Assembly (NCBI GenBank): GCA_021161045.1
Contig: JAGHBJ010000106.1
Span: 1-48,260 of the forward strand
DNA: 48,260 nucleotides
Origin: Candidatus Bathyarchaeota archaeon
GTDB lineage: Archaea > Thermoproteota > Bathyarchaeia > TCS64 > B23
Direction of reading: 5' to 3'
Below the pieces are notes generated by a model. The model saw nothing but the letters and a program-made list of their open reading frames with translations. It was not told where the DNA came from and did no database searches. How positions within the stretch are numbered: position 1 is the stretch's first letter; every line of letters begins with the position of its first letter. The translations under genes were made by a program, and so were the position numbers. This document shows, piece by piece, positions 1-8,277 of the stretch.

Positions 1-59
1 AGTTAACCCCTTACCCTTTAGCTCCCTAAAGGGGCTTCCCCTGGGAGTCCCGGGGAGAG

Positions 60-1328
60 GTGGAGGGATTGGTTAGACTATCCTTCCTAGGTGGTACACG
101 GGAGGTTGGGAGGAACGCCATCCTCGTCGAGTCAGCTGGGGCTAGGCTGCTGTTAGATTATGGGGTGATGCTCGACGAGGAGCCTGGCTTCCCAGCTCAT
201 GTTAGGGCTACGGATATCGATGGCATAGTCGTCACCCACGCCCATCTCGACCACTCTGGGGCTGTTCCGATCTTCTATCTCACGGAGCGGAAGCCCGTCT
301 TCATCACTCCCATAACGGCTGAGCTGGTGAGGGTTCTCATAAAGGATTTCATTAAGCTGAGCGGCTATTACCTCCCCTTCGAATATCTAGAGCTTGAAAC
401 CATGATGCGCTGCTGCAGGGACATCCACTATGGCATGAGGATCAGGGTTAAGGACATGGTCTTCACACCCATCAATGCTGGGCATATACCTGGAAGCTTC
501 ATGGTTGACATAGAGGCTGGGGGTAAGCGCATCCTCTATACGGCTGACATAAACACCATTGATACGAGGCTCGTCAGGGGGGCGAGGGTTCCCAGGAGGC
601 GCTACGACGTCGTCATCATAGAGAGCACCTACGCCACCCAGGAGCATCCAGATAGGAGAGACTTGGAGGAGGAGTTCATCAAGGAGGTGAGGAGCGTCAT
701 AGATGAGGGTGGCCGAGTTCTCATACCCGCCTTCGCCGTCGGCCGGAGCCAGGAGATGCTCAGCATACTCCACGCCTATGGCTTCAGGAGGAACGTCTAC
801 ATAGATGGCATGGCGCGGGAGGTCAACGAGATATTCCTCAGCTACCCCGACTACCTAAAGGCTCCGAGGGCCTTCATGAAGGCACTCTCCACCGTGAGGG
901 TTGTTAGGGGCTGGAGGGATCGCCGTGAGGCCTTGAAGAGGCCGAGCATCATCGTCGCCCCCTCAGGCATGCTTCAGGGCGGGACGGCCATCTACTACAT
1001 GGAGAATCTCGCCCTCGATGAGCGGAGTGGAGTCTTCCTCGTCAGCTTCCAGATACCTGGAACCGGCGGGGCCAAGCTGCTGGAGACGGGCCGCTTCACC
1101 ATCGGCGACAGGGAGGAGGAGGTTAAGGCCAGGGTTAGACGCTTCGACTTCTCAAGCCATGCGGGCATGACTCAGCTCCACGACTTCCTCAGGGGGCTGA
1201 GGGGGGAGCCGAAGATCTATGTTATCCATGGTGAGGAGGAGAACTGTAAGGCCCTAGTCGACTGGACCGTGGAGGAGCTTGGCTTAGAGGCTCAGGCTCC
1301 ACAGCAGGGAGATGAGTTCGAGGTATAG
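60..1328 (+). CDS. beta-CASP / metallo-beta-lactamase-fold ribonuclease (aCPSF2-like)
   Basis: 422-aa ORF with GTG start. It carries the MBL signature HAHLDHSG. The N-terminus (LSFLGGTREVGRNAILVE) and C-terminal HGE motif are typical of beta-CASP RNases. The size fits the KH-less archaeal form. Confidence 0.75.
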   Translation: MEGLVRLSFLGGTREVGRNAILVESAGARLLLDYGVMLDEEPGFPAHVRATDIDGIVVTHAHLDHSGAVPIFYLTERKPVFITPITAELVRVLIKDFIKLSGYYLPFEYLELETMMRCCRDIHYGMRIRVKDMVFTPINAGHIPGSFMVDIEAGGKRILYTADINTIDTRLVRGARVPRRRYDVVIIESTYATQEHPDRRDLEEEFIKEVRSVIDEGGRVLIPAFAVGRSQEMLSILHAYGFRRNVYIDGMAREVNEIFLSYPDYLKAPRAFMKALSTVRVVRGWRDRREALKRPSIIVAPSGMLQGGTAIYYMENLALDERSGVFLVSFQIPGTGGAKLLETGRFTIGDREEEVKARVRRFDFSSHAGMTQLHDFLRGLRGEPKIYVIHGEEENCKALVDWTVEELGLEAQAPQQGDEFEV

Positions 1329-1362
1329 GCGTGAAGACTTAAAAGGTGGATGAAGGGACTCT

Positions 1363-2634
1363 TTGGAGATGTCCTCAACCTCGATTAGGGGTCTCCTCAG
1401 GGGGAATATCCTCGTCCTAACCGTCAGCAGGATCATCTGGAGCCTATCATCAGCCATAGTGATGCCCTATCTCTCCCTTTATATCCTCAACCTAGGAGGA
1501 AGCAAGCCTATAATAGGGCTTGTGAACGCCCTTGGAAATCTAGCCGGCATCTTCCTCTACCCTATAGGGGGATATATAGCCGATAAGGCGGGGAGAGCTA
1601 GGCTGGTTGGATTCTCAACGCTTCTATATGCCTCCAGCTTCCTCTTCTTCGCCTTAGCTCCCGATTGGAGATGGGTTGCCGCGGGCCTCATCTATCAGCA
1701 GCTAGCCCTCTTCTACATGCCAGCCCTCAACGCCATCATGGCCGACTCCATACCCGTAGGGGTGCGGGGTCGAATACTATCGTTGATGATCGCCATTCCA
1801 GGCGCCGTGAGGATCATAGCCCCCTACATCGGAGGCCTATTGATCGCCGTCTATACTCTCCGGCCGGCGATGAGGATCGGCTATCTCATCAGCTTCGTCC
1901 TCGGCGTCCTCGTCGCCGCCATGCGGCTGAGATACTTGGAGGAGACCATAGAGGGGGAGGGGATAGGACGCGACATCTCTGGGATATTCAAGGCTGCCTA
2001 CGCCGAGATCGCCGTCTCCCTCCGATGGATTGGCTCCCATATGCGGGGATACACAGCCCTCGCCATCATCTTAATTCTAGTTAACAGCATAGTCATGCCC
2101 TTCTGGGTTGTTTACGCGACGGAGGTTATCGGCCTCACACCCTATCAATGGGGTGTGATACTTCTCATCGGAGGCGTCGTCAGAACTGTGATGAGCCTCA
2201 TAGCTGGAAGCCTCGTGGATCGCATCGGGGCTAAGACCTGTATGCTGATAGCCTTCGCGGTGGCTGCCCCCTCCATGATACTTTTCATCAGATCACGGGG
2301 CTTCCTCGACGCCTCTCTGATATATGTGGCTCTGAGCCTCGCAGGTGTCTTCCTCTGGATCGCCACCTCCGTCCTCCTTGCGGATACGATACCCAGAGCC
2401 ATTAGAGGCCGCATAATGGCTGCCCTTGGACAGGGTGTGGGTATAGGGATAGCCGGTGGAGGCTACGCCAGCGGCTTCCTCCTCTTCATCCCCATGACCC
2501 TAGGCTCCTATGTAAGCGGCTACATCTACCAGCTAAACCCAACCTATCCCTGGTTCATCCAATCCATAACGCTGACGGCAGCTCTCATCCTCGCAGTATG
2601 GCTTATCAAGGAGCCTGAACGGGCTGAGGCCTAG
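1363..2634 (+). CDS. MFS transporter
   Basis: 423-aa highly hydrophobic ORF with about 12 predicted helices. The loop motif GGYIADKAGRAR resembles the MFS signature between TM2 and TM3. The track start is TTG at 1363; ATG at 1369 is an alternative. Confidence 0.7.
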   Translation: MEMSSTSIRGLLRGNILVLTVSRIIWSLSSAIVMPYLSLYILNLGGSKPIIGLVNALGNLAGIFLYPIGGYIADKAGRARLVGFSTLLYASSFLFFALAPDWRWVAAGLIYQQLALFYMPALNAIMADSIPVGVRGRILSLMIAIPGAVRIIAPYIGGLLIAVYTLRPAMRIGYLISFVLGVLVAAMRLRYLEETIEGEGIGRDISGIFKAAYAEIAVSLRWIGSHMRGYTALAIILILVNSIVMPFWVVYATEVIGLTPYQWGVILLIGGVVRTVMSLIAGSLVDRIGAKTCMLIAFAVAAPSMILFIRSRGFLDASLIYVALSLAGVFLWIATSVLLADTIPRAIRGRIMAALGQGVGIGIAGGGYASGFLLFIPMTLGSYVSGYIYQLNPTYPWFIQSITLTAALILAVWLIKEPERAEA

Positions 2635-2675
2635 AAAGATAAAAATACCCCTTCCTAAACGTTGAGTCTTGCGAG

Positions 2676-2870
2676 ATGCCGAAGGAGATATTCGACCCAG
2701 AGGAGTTCCTACGCATCGCCGAGAGGGCCTCCGAATGTAGAATAAAGCGGTTAGGCGACATCATGAAGCTGAAGCTGAGAACCAGGAGATACCTCTACAC
2801 GCTTAAGGTCAGCGTGGAGGAGGGGGAGGAGCTCCTGAAGAAGATTAAATGCCCAAAGAGGGAGGTTTAG
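2676..2870 (+). CDS. rpl38e: 50S ribosomal protein L38e (eL38)
   Basis: 64-aa basic ORF beginning MPKEI. The motif RRYLYTLKV matches the eL38 core (SRYLYTL in eukaryotic eL38). Confidence 0.7.
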   Translation: MPKEIFDPEEFLRIAERASECRIKRLGDIMKLKLRTRRYLYTLKVSVEEGEELLKKIKCPKREV

Positions 2871-3639
2871 ACGATTTTTCAGCTGATTTAAGGGACTTCT
2901 CCACATAAGTGAGGGTGGATCGAAGGTCTAGAAGCTCTATATATCTCTTGGATAGGTCTGCGAGGGCCTCCTCCCGGTCTCCATATATGATGACGCCCTC
3001 GTTGAGGAGGGTGTAGAGTATTCCCATGGGGGCTGAATCGATGTGTATGAGGTCTATGGAGGCCTCAGGGCAGCCTAGGGCCTCAGCCAGATCCATGAGG
3101 AGGCCCCCCATCTCCAAGGCGCTTTTAAGCTCCACGGAGACGGCTATGTCATAGTCCCTCCCAGGTTCGCCCCTAGCCCTTGAGCCGAAGAGGAGGGCGT
3201 ATCTCACCCCATATCTCCTGAAGACCTCCTCGACGCCCCTCAACTCCCTCGGGTCTATCTCATCGGCGTCTATGTATCCCCTCAACTTATCCAGGACTAT
3301 TGGCAGCTGCTCCTCCATCTCCCTGAAGGCCTCCTCCTCCAGCCTTCTATCCATCCTCGCATATCCATGGACTAGGAGGTTCCTGAAGCCAGCCAGCTCC
3401 ACCAGGAAGGTTTTATGTTCCTCCCCGATGAGGCTGGAGATGAATTCGGCTATCCCCCTATAGGTCTCGGGTTTGCCTCTTCCAAGGTAGACGGCTAGCA
3501 TAGCTCCAAGGTCTAGGAGAGATTGGATCAGGAGTTGGGCGATCCTCTCAAGGGCGTAGAGGCTCTCCCCCCTCCCCCTAAACTCCTGGAAATCCCTCAG
3601 ATATCCCTCAAAGAGCTCCAGTTGCCTCCTAACCCTCAA
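2845..3639 (-). CDS. Fused HEPN (DUF86/HepT-like) and minimal nucleotidyltransferase (MntA-like) protein
   Basis: 264-aa ORF. The N-terminal half carries the HEPN motif R-x4-H followed by Tyr (RNLLVHGY, nt 3361-3390). The C-terminal half carries the NTase motif LLFGSRARGEPGRDYDIAV (G-S ... D-x-D). Confidence 0.8.
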   Translation of the reverse strand: MRVRRQLELFEGYLRDFQEFRGRGESLYALERIAQLLIQSLLDLGAMLAVYLGRGKPETYRGIAEFISSLIGEEHKTFLVELAGFRNLLVHGYARMDRRLEEEAFREMEEQLPIVLDKLRGYIDADEIDPRELRGVEEVFRRYGVRYALLFGSRARGEPGRDYDIAVSVELKSALEMGGLLMDLAEALGCPEASIDLIHIDSAPMGILYTLLNEGVIIYGDREEALADLSKRYIELLDLRSTLTYVEKSLKSAEKSSKPPSLGI

Positions 3640-3667
3640 CCCCTTAGGCTTAACTCCCCTTTAGATA

Positions 3668-4504
3668 TTAGAGTTCCCCATCGTCGATGATCTGGGGGAC
3701 TATCCGGCTGTGGAAGAAGTTGGAGAGCATCCTAAGCCTCGTTAAGGTATCCCCCCTGGAGCCTAATAGGAGGCTACAAGCCTCCCTCAGCTCCTCCCTG
3801 AGCCTCCCAGGCAGATGCCTCAGGGAGTCCTCCAAGAGATCCTCAGCCTCGGACTTAACCCCCAATAGGGGAGCTAGACATCCCACTCCCTTCAAGAGCT
3901 GAGCCATGTAGAGGGCCTTTTCCCCAGGGGTGGAGAGGCGCCTCCAAGCCTCAACCTCCTCCCTCGACGGCTTGACGACATACTCGGCGTAGGCGAATTG
4001 GCAGTCGATGAAGCCGTGATCAACGAGGAGGCGCTCAACCTCAAAGTCCTTCACGGCGATGCTCAAGAGGTAGAGCAGGGTCTCAGACAACTCCCCTGAG
4101 CCACCGAGAAGCTCAGAGGCCTCAAGGAGGCTTCTGGGCATGGGATAGATGTAATGCTCAAGGGAGCCATGAAGCACCGAATGCCCAGCCTCATGCCTCA
4201 AACCGCCGAGCTGAAGTAGACGGGGCAGCTCCCTCATCCTTTCGAGGCAAACCATGATCCTTGGAGTCCCCCTCCAGGCATCATGGGTAGCGAAGAATCC
4301 CAAGCCTGAAACAGGCCCCCTAACGCCGACGGAGGCAGCCTCCCCAGCCAAGACCGCATCCATCATCGAAGCCCTCTCGAAGATCCACAGCTCCAGAAGC
4401 TCAGGCCGACCAATACGGCGATAACAATCCTCTAACACCTCCAGAATCCACTCAGCGATGGAGTCATCGACGGAGCCGAACCTTGAGAGGAATATCCTAG
4501 TCAA
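3668..4504 (-). CDS. Hypothetical protein with HExxH zincin-like motif
   Basis: 278-aa ORF immediately upstream of the HEPN-MNT gene on the same strand (28-nt gap). It has a single HEAGH motif (about nt 4181-4198). I recognise no other family signature. Confidence 0.45.
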   Translation of the reverse strand: MTRIFLSRFGSVDDSIAEWILEVLEDCYRRIGRPELLELWIFERASMMDAVLAGEAASVGVRGPVSGLGFFATHDAWRGTPRIMVCLERMRELPRLLQLGGLRHEAGHSVLHGSLEHYIYPMPRSLLEASELLGGSGELSETLLYLLSIAVKDFEVERLLVDHGFIDCQFAYAEYVVKPSREEVEAWRRLSTPGEKALYMAQLLKGVGCLAPLLGVKSEAEDLLEDSLRHLPGRLREELREACSLLLGSRGDTLTRLRMLSNFFHSRIVPQIIDDGEL

Positions 4505-4557
4505 CGTGGATTAGAAGGGAGGGGTGTTGAATAAGCCTTCCCGGGGCGATGAACGCC

Positions 4558-4580
4558 TTATAAGTGGTGGCCACTTATAA
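4558..4580. repeat. Perfect inverted repeat (10-bp arms, 3-nt spacer) containing TTATAA in each arm
   Basis: The sequence is ttataagtgg-tgg-ccacttataa. It lies between the 3' end of tRNA-Val and the start of the HExxH gene. Confidence 0.6.
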
Positions 4581-4601
4581 CGTGGAAAATTTTTAAGAGG
4601 C

Positions 4602-4676
4602 TGGTGGGCCGGGCAGGATTCGAACCTGCGACCCTCGCCACGTCAAGGCGATGTCATACCCCTAGACCACCGGCCC
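4602..4676 (-). tRNA. tRNA-Val (anticodon GAC), CCA encoded
   Basis: The reverse complement folds as a cloverleaf: acceptor GGGCCGG/CCGGCCC, anticodon stem TCGCC/GGCGA with loop TTGACGT, T arm GCAGG-TTCGAAT-CCTGC, discriminator A, then CCA. Length is 75 nt with no intron. Confidence 0.9.
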
Positions 4677-4705
4677 AGGCCACTAATCGTTGAGGCTTCC
4701 TCCCT

Positions 4706-4716
4706 TATCTTTTTGT
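4706..4716 (-). promoter_or_regulatory. Candidate TATA box for tRNA-Val
   Basis: The minus strand reads caaaaagataa about 30-40 nt upstream of tRNA position 1 (4676). Confidence 0.35.
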
Positions 4717-4768
4717 CGTTTAGCTCTCGACCTTAAACCTTATCGCCGGTGGAGGGTGACTATGATCT

Positions 4769-5704
4769 GTGAGGCTTCGCCCGGTTCTCCTTGTGTCTCT
4801 GGTCTTTATTGCTCTGTTCTCCATCGGTTTCTTTACGTGGCTTTGGGGTGGTTTTGGGGGTGGTGTTAAGCCTGGTGTCGGCGTGGGGGTTCCCCCTCCC
4901 GATGTTGGCCCTGAGGAGGATGGGCCTTGGAATCATAGGTTGCTCATCGCCTTCTCCGAGGATGGTCGGCGTTGGCTTAAGACCCATAGGGTGTTAAGCG
5001 ATCAGGCTTCGGTTCCCGATGTCATCATCGATTCCAAGGGTCGGATTAGGGTGTATTATGCTGACTATTATAATTTGGGGATTATCCTCGCCATCTCCAG
5101 GGATGGTGAGAGGTGGCGCTACATCAGGGTTAAGGGCCTAAACGCCTCCTGGGTTGACCCCGATGTGGTTCTGCTCCCCGACGGCCGTTATAGGCTGTAT
5201 GCCTCCTACATGCCCCTCCATGGACCTCAAGACCGGATACTCTCAGCCATCTCCAGGGATGGCATTCACTTCAAGGTGGAGGCTGGATGCCGATACCATC
5301 AGCCAGGGCGACTCGTAGTTGATCCCGACGTCTTCTACTTCCAGGGGAGGTGGTATATGATCATCGGCCCGAGGCTCACCCTCCTGGAATCCAAGGATGG
5401 ACTAACCTTCACACTCGTCGGAGACCTACCATTAGAGGGGGCGGTTTCATCTACGATAATCGTCGATGGGAGGCTGCGAATCTACTATCATCGCCTCGAA
5501 GCCGATGGGAGGCTCCACATCTATATGGCTGAAACCAGAGACCTAAAGGAGTGGAGCGTCGAGCAAGTCCTCCCCCCAGGCCCTCAAGGCTCCCTCGACG
5601 CCTATGGGGTTGGAGACCCAGCCGTGGCGGAGCTCCCCGATGGGGGCTACATCATGATCTACAAAACCTGGATAGAGCCTCCCCCATGGATCAGCGGAGG
5701 GTGA
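4769..5704 (+). CDS. Secreted or membrane-anchored Asp-box (BNR) beta-propeller protein, glycosidase/sialidase-like
   Basis: 311-aa ORF with GTG start and an N-terminal hydrophobic anchor (LLVSLVFIALFSIGFF). It has repeated S-x-D-G-x-x-W/F motifs: FSEDGRRW, ISRDGERW, ISRDGIHF, ESKDGLTF. Confidence 0.55.
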   Translation: MRLRPVLLVSLVFIALFSIGFFTWLWGGFGGGVKPGVGVGVPPPDVGPEEDGPWNHRLLIAFSEDGRRWLKTHRVLSDQASVPDVIIDSKGRIRVYYADYYNLGIILAISRDGERWRYIRVKGLNASWVDPDVVLLPDGRYRLYASYMPLHGPQDRILSAISRDGIHFKVEAGCRYHQPGRLVVDPDVFYFQGRWYMIIGPRLTLLESKDGLTFTLVGDLPLEGAVSSTIIVDGRLRIYYHRLEADGRLHIYMAETRDLKEWSVEQVLPPGPQGSLDAYGVGDPAVAELPDGGYIMIYKTWIEPPPWISGG

Positions 5705-7727
5705 CAAGCCCCATCTTCTCATAGAGCCTGAAGAGCTCCATCAGGTATTGGAGGTCGCAGCGTCCGATCTCGATTTCTATGAGCCTTGCGATTTCCAGTA
5801 GGCTTCGATGGCCGTCGGCCCAGTATTGGGCGAGGATGCCCTGTATCTGGCTCTCTCTATACTTCTTATTCAGCCTCCAGTAGGCCTCCCGATCCTCCCT
5901 TGGCAGCTTTCTCAGCCAGGGCCCGATGGAGATGGGTCCCCTAAATCTCCTCTTAGGCCTAATGGCGTCGGCCTCGATCTCTATCCGTCGCTTACGCCTC
6001 CTAATCCTCCTCATCCTCAAACCCCTCTCGGATGCATAGTCCCTGATCACCTCCTCTATGCGCTTGGCTTCTCCCTTGGCTGTATCCCTCAGAGCCTTGC
6101 GACATCTCTCCATCGCCTTCTCATCCAGCTCCACGCCCAGCCTCCCAATCGACTCCAGGGCCTCTATCCCCCTCTCAGCCTCGTATAGGAGCTCCCGCCT
6201 CACCCTCTCCAGGGCCTCAGCTAAGACCCTCTCAGGCTTCTTGGAGCTCTCAGCCTCGCTTAGGGCTTTGGTTAAGCCTCTCTGACCCCTCTCTAGGATG
6301 CGCCTCCGATACTTGTTGACGGTCTCCTCCATCATCCATATCGCCTCGACTCGTCCCGCTGAGGCGATGAAGTAGGCATAGGTAGCTGCCATAAGGGCTG
6401 TTCTCCCCAGCATCTTTGGGTCAACCTTATCGATGGTGTCTAGGCTGGTGTGATAGAACCTATCAGGCCACTGGATGATCATGGGGCATGGAACCCCGAC
6501 GGAGGGGTCTGAGAAGATGTAGTGGTCGCTGCCGCCGGAGAAGGGTGTGGAAGTCCACCTGTAGAGGGGGTAGGCGGCGGTTCCTGAGAGGTTCTTAAAC
6601 TCTCCCTTCAACTCATCTAGGATGGCCTCCAAGAGGGGGTTTACATAGGATGCTGAGGCGTCAGGCGTCCACTCTAGGATGAGGGTGCTTCCACATAGCT
6701 CCTGCTTCTCCCCCACCATGTCGAGGTTCAGGGCGGCCACCATCCCCCCGATGCGATCCTCATTTTCAGCTAGCCAGGCGTAGGTTCCCGTCATCTCGGG
6801 GACGAAGAGGAAGCGGATCGTCCTCCGAGGCCGTTTAAGCCTCCCCTCGGCGATCAACTTCCGAAGCGTTCGAGCGGCCTCCATGGCCGCTGCACATCCA
6901 GAGGCGTTATCATTCGCCGAGGGCTGGGGATGACAGATATGGGCGACTATGATGACCTCACCCTCGCCCTCGCCCTCGATCCAGGCCTCTCCAACCTCTA
7001 GGCTGCCCCGTTTAAAGCCCGCGTCGACCCTCGCCCAAACCTTTACGGTCTTCCCCTTCCTCCGCTGCTTTGAGATGAGATCCCTAAGCCATCTCCCCCT
7101 CCTAGGCGAGAGGACGAAGCCGAAGCAGGGCTTAGATTCATAGCTCCACCAGAAGCTGGTATACTGCAGCGCATCGTCAAGGTCTCCCTCCCTCCGAACC
7201 GGTGGGAAGAGTCTCATACCATAATAGATGATGCCTATGGCTCCACGCTCCTCCACAGCCAGCTCATAAACTCTGCTAACACGTCCATCCGTGAGGACTA
7301 TACGCCCCTCAACGTCCAAGCCTCTATAATCCCGCGGCTCCTCCCCCTTGCCGACGTGAACCACCTCAGCCTCCACGCCCTCAGGTGGCGTGGGATAGCT
7401 ACGCTGTATGAGGCTCAGCTTAGACTCAGACCACCTCGCCAGAGGCCTCTTCTCCGATTCAGGTTCACGGAGCCAAAGCTCCGCATCATGGCACCACCAC
7501 TCCCTGAAGAGGAGGCAGCTCCAGGCATAGCTCTCACCATCAGCTGGATAACGCTTCACCTCCGCCTCAAGGCCATAACCCTTCAACGTCTCGACGACAT
7601 ACTCCACCGCAGCCCTAAATCCAGGACTCCCCTGAATACGGTGATGCCTAGTGATCTCGGAGACGAAGCCCAGAGCGATGTCGCCTGAAACCTCCCTCCC
7701 CAACTCCTCAAAAACCGCTTTAAACAT
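5691..7727 (-). CDS. M28-family aminopeptidase-like protein (DUF4910-type) with C-terminal winged-helix-like tail
   Basis: 678-aa ORF. The motif AHICHPQPSANDNASGCAA is characteristic of the M28/DUF4910 group. It also has a basic coiled-coil insert. Confidence 0.6.
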   Translation of the reverse strand: MFKAVFEELGREVSGDIALGFVSEITRHHRIQGSPGFRAAVEYVVETLKGYGLEAEVKRYPADGESYAWSCLLFREWWCHDAELWLREPESEKRPLARWSESKLSLIQRSYPTPPEGVEAEVVHVGKGEEPRDYRGLDVEGRIVLTDGRVSRVYELAVEERGAIGIIYYGMRLFPPVRREGDLDDALQYTSFWWSYESKPCFGFVLSPRRGRWLRDLISKQRRKGKTVKVWARVDAGFKRGSLEVGEAWIEGEGEGEVIIVAHICHPQPSANDNASGCAAAMEAARTLRKLIAEGRLKRPRRTIRFLFVPEMTGTYAWLAENEDRIGGMVAALNLDMVGEKQELCGSTLILEWTPDASASYVNPLLEAILDELKGEFKNLSGTAAYPLYRWTSTPFSGGSDHYIFSDPSVGVPCPMIIQWPDRFYHTSLDTIDKVDPKMLGRTALMAATYAYFIASAGRVEAIWMMEETVNKYRRRILERGQRGLTKALSEAESSKKPERVLAEALERVRRELLYEAERGIEALESIGRLGVELDEKAMERCRKALRDTAKGEAKRIEEVIRDYASERGLRMRRIRRRKRRIEIEADAIRPKRRFRGPISIGPWLRKLPREDREAYWRLNKKYRESQIQGILAQYWADGHRSLLEIARLIEIEIGRCDLQYLMELFRLYEKMGLVTLR

Positions 7728-7780
7728 CGATCAAGGATTCCACCCAAAACTTAAAAGCCCTCATGGAGAGGGCTTAAACC

Positions 7781-7786
7781 TTTATA
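7781..7786 (+). promoter_or_regulatory. TATA box for tRNA-Phe
   Basis: TTTATA is centred about 28 nt upstream of tRNA position 1 (7812), which is canonical archaeal spacing. Confidence 0.55.
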
Positions 7787-7811
7787 GGGAGAACAAGCCT
7801 CTATCATAGCG

Positions 7812-7885
7812 GCCGCGGTAGCTCAGCCTGGGAGAGCGTCCGGCTGAAGACCGGAATGTCCCCGGTTCAAATCCGGGCCGCGGCA
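7812..7885 (+). tRNA. tRNA-Phe (anticodon GAA), CCA not encoded
   Basis: Cloverleaf: acceptor GCCGCGG/CCGCGGC, D arm GCTC-AGCCTGGGA-GAGC, anticodon stem TCCGG/CCGGA with loop CTGAAGA, T arm CCCGG-TTCAAAT-CCGGG, discriminator A. Length is 74 nt. Confidence 0.9.
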
Positions 7886-7908
7886 CTACGGACAAACCCG
7901 CGGCACTT

Positions 7909-8215
7909 CTACTTCCTCTTCCTGAAGAAGAGTAGGTCATCCTTCTCGCAGACGTATTCGAAGTCAGCCTCTATAAGTTCCTGAATCTCTTCAGGCATCT
8001 TGGCAACCTTGCAGATGAAGTCATCGTCTCGGCGATCTCTCAACTTTCAAAGCCTTAATGATCTCCTCGGACACCCTGACCCTCCGATTGAGGGGTGTGC
8101 CAATACCATTGGGACTACGTTGGTCGATGAGTTTCAGGATCATCAGCCAGTGGTCGTACTCCTCCGTCTCCCTAGGCTCGGCCTCGGATCTAGCCGATAA
8201 AATAGACCTCAGCAC
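7909..8215 (-). pseudogene. Frameshifted small gene relic next to tRNA-Phe
   Basis: Two overlapping minus-strand frames are open. Frame A (8215-8021) is the 64-aa ORF ending ...SEEIIKALKVERSPRR. Frame B (8046-7909) reads KLRDRRDDDFICKVAKMPEEIQELIEADFEYVCEKDDLLFFRKRK. A single 1-nt shift in 8021-8046 would join them into about 100 aa. Confidence 0.35.
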
Positions 8216-8277
8216 TACCTCGCATAGGGCTGAGGTTTAAGGCGTTCAGACCGATTCATTCCGAGGTTTGAAACTCC

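Noticed and set aside
387-773. Many 60-220-aa ORFs antisense to, or out of frame within, long genes. Examples are 387-773, 1665-2084, 10362-11015, 20916-21347, the series inside rpoA at 22204-25299, 35392-35753 and 44194-44941.
   Set aside because: They lie entirely inside longer ORFs that carry clear family motifs. They are rich in Arg/Ser/Pro/Leu, as expected for shadow frames in GC-rich coding DNA, and carry no motifs of their own.
7755-7775. 8-bp stem hairpin (AAGCCCTC-atgga-GAGGGCTT) between the M28 peptidase start and the tRNA-Phe promoter.
   Set aside because: It is short, isolated and sits in a divergent promoter region. I could not distinguish a regulatory role from chance, so it is not reported as a feature.
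8000-8240. Two plus-strand ORFs (66 and 60 aa) in the spacer after tRNA-Phe.
   Set aside because: They overlap each other and the minus-strand relic, have no motifs, and have poor start contexts. The minus-strand frames give the more protein-like translation.
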